Positions 50,105-63,455 of a stretch of DNA of 64,000 nt are shown here, piece after piece; the stretch's first letter is position 1; each line of letters opens with the position of its first letter. The notes below the pieces were generated by a model. The model was not told where the DNA came from and ran no database searches. It worked only from the letters and a program-made list of their open reading frames with translations. Where the stretch lies: the NCBI GenBank assembly GCA_904063045.1, contig CAJFCJ010000013.1, positions 1,594,156-1,658,155 on the forward strand, given 5' to 3'. The stretch is from Dimorphilus gyrociliatus. Its lineage: Eukaryota; Animalia; Annelida. The translations under genes and the position numbers were made by a program.

Positions 50105-53100
50105 ATGGCGGAAGTTGTTGTTGGTGAAGTGAACGATAACAAAATTGAGAAAAATGAAGAAAAGATTAGCGATGAGGAGCGTGCCGAATGTCAGAAAGTA
50201 GTTAGCGAAGAGTTAGGTAGGGACGACTTTGTTAAACACATCACCTCCGTTGGTGATACGGTTAGAAAGAGTTGGAAAAAACAGGTTGAGAGGACCAACT
50301 ACGTTATCTTCCTCATTCTCTTCCTTTTCCTCCTCTTTATCATACTTGCAATAACTTTAGGAATTTTGAACCGGAAGCTACTCGACGCTCAACTACCACC
50401 TTCGAAAATAATCTTAACAAAACGACCCGACCAAAAGTATAGATAAAAAAATAATATAACCCTTCTCAGCGTCTAATAATTAAACAAACTAAACAAACAA
50501 TAACAAAATGGGTTAATAATTTTTTTATCTACGGGTATACTATCGGCTGGAATTCGTCGGAAATTTATAAGACTAATTTGACAACATTCGGAAGAGTAGT
50601 AGAGGGCAGTAGCGGCCGAATTTGTACGTCTACTTCCTGCCTATATGCATCGGCACATATTAAATCATCTCTGGACGAGAATTACACCCCCTGTACGAAT
50701 TTTTATAAATGGGCTTGCGGAGGTTGGCTAAATAATAATCGAGCAAGAAGACGGACAGTAACAGTTAGAGATGAATTAGACAACAGGTTTCGAGACTCTT
50801 CGTTTAAGAGCTAAAAATCATACGGCAATTAAAAATATTTTTATAACGATTGTATTCCTAGGCTCCATATTTTTAAAACGAACATTTTAAAAACAAATCT
50901 CGTAAACGTTTTGTCTCGATTAACATCAAAAGATTACAATTCATTTTAAAACAAGCACTCTCCTATCCTCCTTTAAAAATGGACGACACAATTCCGCATT
51001 CGGAGAAGCTTATTAGAAACTTTTTCCAGGCTTGCGTCAGCTATGAAATTAATCCAAACGGTTCAAAAATTTTAATAGATCACGTTCGAAAAGTAATGAG
51101 CTCTACCTATATGTTCGATGACGATTTTGATATATCTAAGTGGGATGTTTCGAAAACAATGGGTAATATGGCTAAGGAATTCTTTTTGGAGGCATTATTC
51201 CATTTTCACATTGAAAATCATCCAAATAAAACTAAAACTAATATATTTAACCTTCATCCAGTTGGGTTTAGTTGGATTTCTTATTCTACGAACGAAGAGG
51301 TAAATTAGCAAAGCTAAATTCCGTTTGAAAAACTTAATTAAATATAAATGTTTGCTTCACCTTATCAATTATTCAAACAGTTCAAAAAGGTTTATTGGGA
51401 TCTATTTAATAAATCTTGCGTGTATATGCGACAAGATGAACAGCTGGATAAAGAAAAACCAAATTACGGTAGATGTCAGAAATATGCTGATGATGTTTTG
51501 AAAGTTGAAAGCTCTCTTTATGAAGTTTGTATCCAATCTCTTATCCTTGATGTAATTCTTTTAACATTTAATTTTTTTTCTATCCAGTTTTTTATTAATA
51601 AATCGGGATCTCCGAATCAGAAGATAATGACTCTCGATCAACTATCGTCAAAATATAGTGAGGTAGAATCAGTCTATTCCTTTACTCTTTAGATGTAATT
51701 TAAACTGTGATTGCTCTTTATTAATTATTTAGTTCGATTGGAGATATTTGCTGGAGAATGAGTTTGATGGAGCAAAAATAGATGGCAGTACTGAAATTCT
51801 AGTTGCTGACGTTGCCTACTTGGACATGGTGCATAAATATACTAAAGATATGAAAGATGATCAGGATACAAACAGGTTAGCGATAACTGATGAAAAAATC
51901 AGGATATTTTTCTATCTTATAAACTATCTTTCTTTCCATCTCATTTCAGAATGCTAAATAACTACATTCTCTCATGTGCCACCTATTGGTTAATGTTTCA
52001 TACAAGTCCAAAATATGATCAACTATATTGGGATGTTATTGAAAAAGTATGGGGAGAGCAACCAGAACAAACCCAAACTGAATATTGTATAGATTTAATG
52101 AATCATTTCTTACCGGAAATGTCCGCCTATTTCCTACAAGGTCTATTATCGTACAAAAGTGAAGATTTAAGACAAGTAGCTAAAACGTTAACACGCTTCC
52201 GCGATACATTTACAAGTCATATAATGCAGTCCAGTTGGGCGGATGAAAAAACAAAAGATAACATAAAAAAGAGGGTACATACTATATTCTAATTATAAAC
52301 TCCCCATAATCTGAAAGCAAAAATAATTCTTTATCCCAAACTGCATAGTTTCATGATATAGAAATTCACGTAGGAGTACCAGAGAAAGTAATCAAGTCAG
52401 ATGCAATTAAAAGGGCATACGCTAAAGTAAGTAAACGAGATTTTTTCCTTCTACCCTCTAATAAAATCTATTATCAATTTTCGACGAAACAGTTAGACAT
52501 TCGACAAGATCAAGATCTAATTACAATCTTAATAAGAATATCAGAGTTGACATCATCGTTAAGAGGAGAAATTTATAACTTGGGAATTACGAACTTCAAT
52601 TCAAAATTACTATATAAACGTAATATTGTTTTGAAAGGATCCGATCTATATGTACCATTACCCGTTTTACAAGTATATCATTGAATTTACATATATTTAA
52701 AGGAAGTTCTCTTATATCTACCTTCTTAACAGAGGCCTTTTTATGGAAAATCTAGGCCTGGCGTTATTAATATTGGATATTTAAATGCTTTAGTTGGTCA
52801 AAAGTTGGCAAGTTTATTAAGATTCAAAGGTATATTTAAATACTTGACTATTTTATAAATACAGCTAATATTTTAAATAAAATCATACAGATCTCTTTTT
52901 CGATCGAAGATCTACTCCAAAGAATTTGTTTACAAAACAAAGTATGACAAATTTTAAGAAAAAAGCTAGTTGTATTGGCGAAAGATACATAAACGAAGAT
53001 TTAAAATTTCCATTTCATGATGGGCCTAATCTTCAATTGGTAAGTGTAAAAAAAAGATAAAATAAACAAAAGAACTTAACAATTGCCTGCTTTTCATCGA

Positions 53101-53628
53101 ATATACAGTACAACTTTGGAGAATTATCATCAAATTTCCTAAGCAAATTCCTAAATAATGAAATATCTAGAAAAATTCTAACTTCGTTAATGATTTTTGA
53201 CAGTTCATTTAAAGTAAATATAGTATAATTTTATGCTAGTTTAATTTTAACTACATAGACTATATCACTATTCCTCTTAAATAGGCTTTTGCCAACTTTC
53301 AAAAGAATAGAGCGAAAGAAGATACATTACCTGGAATTTATTTGAATTTTGATCAACTATTGTATACGTTAAGCGTTCAAAGCAACTGTCGTAAGATAAC
53401 TTACGAAAAGCATTTAAAGTTGTTATTTCGTTGGGGATTGTTATTGCCCGATGAATTATCGTAAGCTGCAATTTAAATTTCTTTTTAAACTATTTGGCTA
53501 AATTTATGTTACCTTTAAAATATAGAGTTAATATAGCTTTATCAACTAGTCGACACTTTGCTAAAGTTTTCCAGTGCCCAGCAGGAAGTAAAATGAATCC
53601 ACCTTGGTACAATCGTTGCGAGTTGTGA
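50105..53628 (+). CDS. Neprilysin/ECE-like (M13) type II membrane protein, copy 1, no zinc-binding motif; first junction unresolved
   Basis: N-terminal TM, ICTSTSCLYASAHIKSSLDENYTPCTNFYKWACGGW, SSWADEKTK, LPGIYLNFDQL and terminal FQCPAGSKMNP...C. The HExxH position reads VGQKLAS. Confidence 0.85.
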
Positions 53629-54297
53629 GAGAGAGATAGAGAGAGAGAAAGAGAGAGATTTCTTCTTACATCGACACATTTTTAAAGAATATCTACACTT
53701 TTGAATTACTATTTATAATCAATAAACAATACAAGAAAAAAAGAAATAAATACAATATATAATACATTTTATAAACATTAGGCTTTCTAATGAAGTATGA
53801 TTGAGTAGTAAGAGAATCTTAATATTAAATATGAGTAAAAGATGATAAAAAAGTAAAAGTATTTTGCAAGATAATTTATTAATTTATGCAAATATAACAA
53901 TAATTAATTATAAATGAATGCATCGGTGTAAAATTGTCTGTATGCCAAGTTTTTCATTATTTTAATTAGTCTAACAGGAAAAATATTTGATTAATATTCT
54001 ACATACACAGTATAAGTGAATGGTAAAAGCCTACTTGATATTATTCATCTTTCAAATGTTGTTTATTATTCTTAAAAAGGTAACAATTTGATCATATTCG
54101 GTTTAGATTTCTAATTAAAAACTAAACGTAGTATTTAATTTGAAGGTTAATAAAGAAAAAGTGGGCGTTAATCAATTGGATACCATCTAAAATTTATGTA
54201 AATTATCTAAATATAAAACGACAAAATAACCATTTAACAGTCCGCCTCCACTGATAAACTACACCTGATTCGGTTAGTTAGGAATAAAAGAGAGAAT

Positions 54298-57200
54298 ATG
54301 GAAGAGACAGATCAAAACTCGGACCAGAATAAGCTTGAACACTTTTCAAAGATGAAAGACGATTTAGAACGCATTTTAGATGATCGTCCCACCTTTACTT
54401 TGCGAAAAGTTCTTTACATAGTTGGAATTGCTGTACTTATCATTATAATCCTTTGTATAGGTTTAGTCGTTGGATTGTCTAAGCATCCAAACTATCATGA
54501 CCGTCCAACTGTTGCGGAGGAAGTTGTAAAATCAACAACATTAAAGACAACTAAGAGTTCAACAGCTCAACCAACAACATCGGCAAGTCAGAAAGAGAAA
54601 TATTACATTTGTAAAAGTGCTAGTTGCTATAGAGCGGCTGCTAGGGTTAAATCAATGATGTCTGATGAAGTAACACCATGTTCAAACTTTTATAAATGGG
54701 CATGTGGAGGATGGTTAAATAGAGTTACTTTAGCCAATAATGAATATAAAAAGCAGAGAGTCGATATATTATATAAGCAACATTTATCCGATCTAGCTAA
54801 AACTCTAACAAGTCCCGTTCGTGGTAAATATCTATTATAAGCTATTTTCACCCTTATAAATAATAATAATAATAATAATAGATAAGAGTAATTGGTACGA
54901 AAAGCACGTTAAGAACATCTATCAAAGTTGCATGGATATCTATAGCAGAGAAAAGGAAGGAGCAGCTCAGTTAAAGCCCTATATTAAAAAAATACTAAAT
55001 AGTACCTACCTTCTTGACTCGAATTTTAACGATAAAAAAAAGGATATGGACCTTAGTCACGCTATCTATATGGCTCACAAGGAACTTAGTGTTGACGTAT
55101 TCCTTAATATCGAGTTAAGTTATGATTATTGGAAAAAAAAGAATGTCGTTAATGTTAGTAAATAGTTATTCAAAACAAAAGAAAAAATAGAAATAAGTAT
55201 ACCTTAATTAAACGTTCACTTTCATTTATCTTCCCAATAAAGATTCGAAAACCTGAGACACCCGGCTACATGGCGTACTATAATGATAGAGACAAATTGA
55301 GAAAACACATGATGGATATAGCGAAAACTTACCTTGAAGATATTGGTGTTAAAGTAGATAGCGCAATGGATAGTAAAATAAAAACGTTTGCTTACGATGC
55401 AACCTATATTGAATGGTATATAGAATGGGTTAGTCTTAACATTTGTTTGCCGAGGAAAATAATGCATAAGTTCATTTTTGCAGGAGGGAGATAATTACAA
55501 CTATTATTGGTATGGTTCTCCTTCTATGGAAAAAATCAAGGATAGATCTGATTTAAAGCTTAAAAGCAAGCAGGTAAAATCTTTAAGAACTTCCGAATAA
55601 AACAAAACATACTAAAAGGCCCCTGAAATGTATGACAATCTTATGAAAACTGGTTAATAATTTCTACTAGAGAGGGAGCCATTGTACAACAAAAATAACA
55701 GTAAACTTGTGTAAGAATAATTAATATATTACAATGAAATACAACCAATTAGTTGAAAAAGAGAGAAAGGTTTTATCATAAAGTATTGTATTATACATAT
55801 TTCATAAAGAAGAAGAAGAACAAGAACAAGAACAATATATATCTAAGGACTTTATATAAATTAATTCTTAAAAAGTCCATTAATAACGTAACAAGAAAAT
55901 TATAGGTACGTGTACTAATACAATATTTGCTGTTTCTTATAATAACAATATAAAAAAATAATGATATTTCTTTATTAGGCAAAAGGAAAAAAATATATGG
56001 TTTATATATTCAATAAATTCTTATTAATTACGAATATTATTTATAGCTTGACATTATAAGGATATTGAAAGAGTACTATCCAAGAGCCGAACCAATCACC
56101 GATTACGAAGTGAGGGCAGATATGGTTTATTTAAGAGGTCTTGACGATCAACTTCAGCATTTTGATAGATATATTCATTTTTGGGGAAGGTAATTACAAA
56201 ATTCATTTAATAATGATATAAATAAGAATAGTACATTTGATAAACTCAGTCTCACTCTCTTTCTCTCTTTCTCTTTCTCTTCACCTCAAAGAACAATGTT
56301 TCTTTTGTATTCTCTTTCTTAATCATAAATAACACAAAACGTAGGTGTAAAAAAAAAACAAGGAGAGAAAACAGACTTCCTTCACTCATCATTTTCTTCT
56401 TTGTACAATTCTATTAATAACCGATTCTTTTGTCTACAAACAATAAATACAATTAAATAACTAAATGTAACTAATATAAAGATGCCAGAAATAGAGATAA
56501 AAAAAGAAACAGAATGAAAAGGGAGAATTAATTATTCTTTTAAAACTAATTCTTTGTTTGTTCTTTTTCTCTTTTTAGAGATATGAATAATTTCATTTTT
56601 TGGAGAATTCTTTTCAAAATGAGCCCATTTTTGAGTTCCAAATATCAGGTAAAACATTCAGATTATGTCAAGAATTCTTACGATGGAGGCTATTACTACA
56701 ATCCTCAAAGTCACACAATGGAGTGTTTAAGCTATTTGAAATTGTTTGTACCGGAGGCTTTAGTCCAATGGGATATTGATGCTGGAGAACACAGTTCGCA
56801 GACATTTAGTCAAATTGATAAAATATTACAAAATTCTTTTGATGGTTTAAGAACGTACTTTACTCGATCCAATAGCTATATGGCAGATCAAGTAACAGAG
56901 GATAATATGAGAGTAAGTGCATGAGAGAGAGAGAGAAAGTATAAATGATTAAGATTTTTAATTATATAATAACATCATTGACAGAAAAAGAAAATTGGTA
57001 TTACTTTAGGAAAGAGTGACGATCTTTGGGAATCATTTAAGATAAAAAGCATGTATCGGCAAAATGTAATTATACATGAAATATAATAATATTAGAACAA
57101 GGTCAATGAGATTAATTATTGTTCCTTTTTTTTTAAAAGCTAAATACCGATCCTAAAAATTTTATTGGAAACATTGTTAATTGCTCAGAATTGAGAGCTC

Positions 57201-58258
57201 ACGCCGAGAGTGACGCTTTAAGGAGTGGCAACGACAAACCAGTTTACATGAGACATTTCTTTCACTCTTACGATATACCGTACACTCTAGCTAATCAAAT
57301 TTTTATACCGATGAGTTTTTTAAAGGTACCAAGAACGCAATAAAACGTTTCCACTCTAGACAATAATTATATTATGTTTAGCAACCAGATCAATACATTA
57401 GAAACGGTCCGCCGGCTTTGAATTTGGGTTCATTGGGTTATTTTACTTTGTGGGAGGCCCTGGATATTGCCGGCTTTTTAAATGGTAGATTAATTACTGG
57501 CCTTTAGTGAATAAAAAAATAAAGACTGTAATATTCCATATTTAGATATTAGATATTCGTACAACAATGAACGAAGACTTTTATCATTGGAATCCTTTGA
57601 TAGATTTAAAAACTTAACTAGATGTATAAAGCAAAGAAACCTCGAGGGGAAAATATTCTACACTATAAACGTGGACGGAATAGAGAAAAGAGTAACATAA
57701 TATTACATAAATCTATTTAAATATATCTTATATATATAGTAAAAGATATTCCGTTACAGATAGAATTCGGCTACGGATACAGTAATGATGTTTGGATGCA
57801 CGAAGCCGCTGAACCAGTTGCTGAGAATGTAATAGTCTTTAGATCATTAATTAATGGTTTAAGGAGTTATAGAAAGCAAAATAGTCACTCTTTGGACGTG
57901 AAATTACCTGGTATGAATTTTACTGGCAATCAATTTGTATTTTTATCAAGCGTTCAGGTAATACTTATTAACAAATCTATTAAAAACTAATAAGAGAAAC
58001 ACTTTTTTAAGTCATTGTGCGAGAAAGTTCATCCGAGAAATATAGACTATCAGATGAAATATTCATTTTTCCTACCAATTGATTCTGAGTATGTATTAAA
58101 GTTATATTTAAATTATACAAAAACAAAGCATATTCTCCTTTCCTTTTCCTCGTAGGATAAATGTTGCATTACAACAAATTCCAGAATTTGGCGAGGCCTT
58201 TCAATGTAAAATTGGTGATAAAATGAGACCAAATGCTAATTGCGCTAGTTTGACTTGA
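54298..58258 (+). CDS. Neprilysin/ECE-like (M13) type II membrane protein, copy 2, no zinc-binding motif
   Basis: TM, Ser/Thr stalk, ICKSASCYRAAARVKSMMSDEVTPCSNFYKWACGGW, MNNFIFWR, LPGMNFTGNQFVFLSSVQ and terminal FGEAFQCKIGDKMRP...C. The HExxH position reads TLWEALD. Confidence 0.88.
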
Positions 58259-58710
58259 ATAATTTAATTTTAATTAAATCTTTCATCTTTACAAGCAACA
58301 AGCCAAATATAAAAAAATCTACAATAAAAAGGAATAATCTAATCAATCTTTCTTTATATGATTTGTTTTTTTTTTTATTTATTTTAATTATGTCAGTCTT
58401 TTATTTATTTTTATTTTTTTTTTGTTTTAAAAATCTCACTTAGTTAATCTAATTAATTTATTTTATTCATATGAATACAATTTACATAGTTGAATAAAAA
58501 TTAATAGTAAATTATTTATAAATTGCTATAAATACAATTATCAATAACTACTTGTTAATGATAATGGTACACTAAATATAACCTAAACATTATACTGATA
58601 AATATTTGGTTAGTAATTTAACTGACATGTGATATGAGTACAGACAGAGTCGAGCAAATAAATGAATATTAAAGAAAATTAAACATTATTAAAGACGATA
58701 TCAAAGATAA

Positions 58711-58711
<1 letters not shown>

Positions 58712-58744
<33 letters not shown>
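58712..58744. repeat. (GA)n microsatellite upstream of the ionotropic receptor gene
   Basis: Perfect GA run read directly. Confidence 0.95.
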
Positions 58745-58745
<1 letters not shown>

Positions 58746-59030
58746 GTGCCATATATTTCATATCTGTGAATAAAGTTTAAAGGTAGTATTTTTATAAATG
58801 GTGATAAAAAAACTATAAATATCAATATAACGACAACATTCCTTCCAAACGGGAAATTAGCCAACGAAGACGACCTTATAAGTAGTTAATACTAGACTAT
58901 AAAGTTATCAAACTATTACACATATAGAGGACGCTGTTGTAATACAGCTTGCACCAATTTTTTTCACTCAACTGCAATATGTGATAGAATGCCGTGGATA
59001 TATTTTTTCCTCTGACATGATAATTTTAAC

Positions 59031-62000
59031 ATGAACCTTTTATTGGTCGCTTCCCTGTTTTTTTTTTATATAAGTCCTCTACTTGGATTACGTAAGAGTT
59101 TTTAACTCTTTTTGTTTTAAATATCTCTCTCTCTCTCTCTCTCTTCCTTTATTATTTCAATCCGCCCTGAAATTTTTTTTTTAGCTTGCGTTGTTTTTGA
59201 TGAAAAAGATAAGACGTTAGAAAGAATTGTCAAAAAATTATTCCCAGTCAAAGAAGTAAAGATATATGACATTAGCTCAATTAAAGGACAGCTTTATCCA
59301 ACTTTCTCAGGTGTTGTATATCTTATATATAAAAAGTTGCATACTTTTATTAATATATTATTAAAGATGCCAACTGCCCCATTCAAATTTTCATTGGGAG
59401 CGTAAAACACGTTGAAAAATACGGATACCAACTAAAAAGATGCTACTATTATTCACAAGAAAATGATGATATTCTTTATCCCTGTTTCCCATCCGAGGAG
59501 TATAGTTATCTACTAGAAAGTTTAATGGAAAGTGCAAAGTGGAATAGAGGAGTTATAGTCTCACTGCAAGGTAAAATTGATAATATATTATCCTTTATTT
59601 AAATAAATAAAAAATATATAAAGAGATATATTGATATAAAAAGAAAAAGTCAATTTCGTTTAATTTTTTTTCTTCCTTTTTCCTTTCCTTCTCTCTCTCT
59701 CTCTCTCTCACTCTCTCATTTTTCATTTTCTATAGGAGAACTAAGCCGGATTACTGATAAAGTCTTTGCAGCATTCGAAAGTAATAAAGTTCCTGCAATG
59801 GTACTTAATAAGGATCAATGGGAAAAAAATTTACAAACTCAATTTTTAAGCTATCACGATGAATTTCTGAATATTGTTGTCATTAGCGAAAATAGATCAT
59901 CGATTATCGATTTCTTTAAGCAGGTACGTTTCCTCATCTAAATAATATTGATTAGTTATAGTTAGCGGTGGGTGATGGAATTGCTCCAGCCCGTAGCAAC
60001 AGTAGCTAGTGTAATGACAAATGTAACATAGTGTTCTAAATATCACCGTGAATTATACTTTACATACATATCTCATATGCCTCAATTAATACATGTAAAG
60101 CGGGATTAGTTTGTTTTATCATTTATTCTAGCTTTCATTTCTTCTCTAAGTACTTTTCACTGACAAACATCTGACCTTATTATTTGTAACATGGAATAGA
60201 TTTCTAATTCGTCTCGAGTAAATATTTAACACTTTTAGCTCATAATATTAAAAGCTTTCTATATTTCAATAGTTATTACCTTTATTTATTAATTAGATTA
60301 AAATAGTTAGAGAGAAAATGTTTATAAGAATATGTAGAGGGATAATATCTTAATTAATTTTAACAAAAATGATAAAATGAGAAAAGAAAATCCTTTATAA
60401 TTTCAAATCGTGTTGTATTGACAATCATCTCGTATTATCGATAATTCAATAAGTAATACATACAATATGGTATATGGGTGAAAAAATATATCGTATTTAA
60501 CAGTAAAATAATTCTGTTATTGTAATACGAATTATAACATTTCTTTTATATTAATTTAATTGTAAATACCAGCTGTGAAAGTAATTTTTTAAGTGTTTTT
60601 CTTTCAATTTTAATTCCTTTCTTTTTCTTCGTCTCCCTCTCCTCCTCCTCCTCCTCCTCCTCCTCCTCCTTCTTCTTCTTCTTCTTCTTCTTTTCTCCTC
60701 CTCCTCATCCTAGCATCCTCTCCCCTTACTCTCTTCTTTTATTATTGATGTACGAAAAACGAACAGAGTGAAGGAGTGTGTTGAGAATATTTTGTAGAAT
60801 AATAAATTACATGATTAGACAGACGTTTGATAATCTCATCTAAAGGAATACTTATCACATGGTGAATTTTAGGTGTAGTTTTTAATTAATCACTTTGATA
60901 AATCAATGGTATTAATATCAAAATGAACATTAAATATACATAGTGTATAAATTGATATTATATGTACAAAAGGTGAAAAATATGAATATCTTATTCGTTT
61001 TCTTATTATGTTTCTTCATTTTCTACATCTTTGTCCTTTCTCTTCGAATGTTATTTCTCACTAGAACAAAGGAAAGAGACTAGTTGTAAAGTTTTGATTT
61101 ACAATAAAAGTACAGTTTTATTGATTGGAAACCGATTATAAATTAGCAGAATCAATTATGAATCAATTGTTATGATTATTGTTTTTCCCTATTATTTCTC
61201 TCTCTCTCTCTCTTTCTCTTTCACCCCTCTCACTCAGTTATCAAATCATCATGGCTATCCCTCCAAAAAAGAATTGAATAATTCATTTAAAAAAAATACA
61301 CTACAATCGTAGATAAAAATCTGGAAAATGATTTGTTGCAGATATAATCTAGAGCATTCGCATTATATAAATTTGAATGAAATGTTGATTAACTTATGAG
61401 ATAATAATTATCATAATTCTCCCCTATAACAGATTTATGAAATGAGAAAGAATTGGGAAGTTCTTGGACCTTTAGTTAATTTCTATATTTATCAACACTT
61501 CATACAGCTTAAAGAGATTAAAGAATTTTTATTGCATGGAGATAGTTTAGCTGTTGCAGCAGATCCATTAATTACAAAAAGTTTGAGGGTAACATATGCT
61601 GTCCAAAAGGTAGCTAACAAACTAATCCATTCATTCATTAATTAATGAGATAAACATGAAATAATTGAATTTCTGTTGCCATAGAAATTTAAACTGAAAT
61701 ATCTGATAATGGCTTGTACGGCTATGTGTTATGCGAAAGATAAATACGATTTAATAGCAGATGTTGATGATAACTTTGAAATAAATTCAAACAGTACTCC
61801 ATTATCGGCTCTTTTTTACGGTTTTTCTGGGAAAAAACTTAAAATAATAACCACGTTAGCCTATAAACCTTTTCTATATAGAAATAATCAGAAGGAGATT
61901 GTTGGAAGCCTAAAAAATACAATTGATATTATGGCGGAAAAGCTCAATTTTAAATATGATTTTCTAGTCAACTCATCCGCTAATTTTGGAGAAAGACTAT

Positions 62001-63423
62001 CTCCCGGAGTGTGGTCTGGAGTAATTGGTCAAGTAACCAATAAAACCGCTAGTATATTAGCAGATGGCTTAAGGTTCGATCTATTTTTGTAAATAGCCAT
62101 TTTAAAATAAATCATAGTGTCTCTACAGAAAAAAATTCTTTAACAATACATTATAGTTATGTAGCCTTAGACGGAAGGGATAAGTAGGTGTATAGGAGTT
62201 AAGGGATGAGTATAGAATAATCTAATCCATTAGGAATGATCTAAATGTATTATAAAAAGCAAAAGAAAAGATTATAGAAGACATAAATAGATCAAACCTT
62301 TCTATTAGTATTACGTACGATCGTTCGAAGGATGTATCTTTCACCTTTCCCTACTACATCGATTCTATATCGGCTTTATATAGAGCACCAGACCCAGAAA
62401 ATAACATTCTTTATTTTATACATATATTTAAATACGATGTTTGGGCACTAGCCGGCTCAGCTTGCTTGGTAACTGCACTTATTTATACTGCAATAACCCA
62501 TTTAACAGCTAAGATATCAAATTGTGAAAGTCGTGTACCAGTCTACGATTCTTTATTCTTCTTTCTTGGATCTTTTTGGAAGCAGGCAATGTCGAAACTT
62601 CCGCAACATTCATCTGGTAGATTAGTTCTCAGCTTTTGGTGGTTATTTATTATAATGTTCACAACTGTCTATTCTGGAATGTTGATGGCATCTTTGACAG
62701 TGGTACTCAGGGATATACCATTTAAAGACTTTGCAGAACTTACCAATTACGCAGCGGCAAATGAAAAAGTATTAGTTTTTGTTAAGGATAGCGCAATCTT
62801 AGATCTTGTTAAGGTAACCAAAGAAAAAAATAGATTGAAGATAACGTTAATAATTAATTCATTGTTCTTTCTCCTTCTCTTTCTTAAAGAAAACTAACGA
62901 AAGCGAAAATCATCCATTCCAAATGGCAAAAGATAATATTTATTCCCATAAGGATTCTGTTGTTACGAATTCCATTGTTCATGGAAATCCAGAACTACTA
63001 GAAAAGGTCTGTTCCGCTCTCTTTCTGAATGTAATCTACATTTAATTTACGAATTATCCATAAGATGGCGTTTTGTGAACTTTTTGGAAAAGATTTTGCG
63101 TTGCGACAAAAGGCCACATCAATCGTTTATAAATAATTTCTCGAGCTTAACTATTCCTATACTAATATTCTTGAAGCTACGAATAAAGATTTTTTACTCA
63201 TATTGTCGCCCTAAGCCCAAAGATGTACATTGAACCTTTATCTCTCACGATTTTCATAATCCCAATTTAATCAGTATTACTATAGTCAGTGTACTCTTTA
63301 GCCCCCTCTCCTGCCGTTCTCTTCTAATTAATTACTAAATATCTTAAATAGCTACCTAACCCTGTAAAATAATTACATTCAGTCATAGTTCCTTGCCCCT
63401 ACAATATACATTGTTATATATGG

Positions 63424-63455
<32 letters not shown>

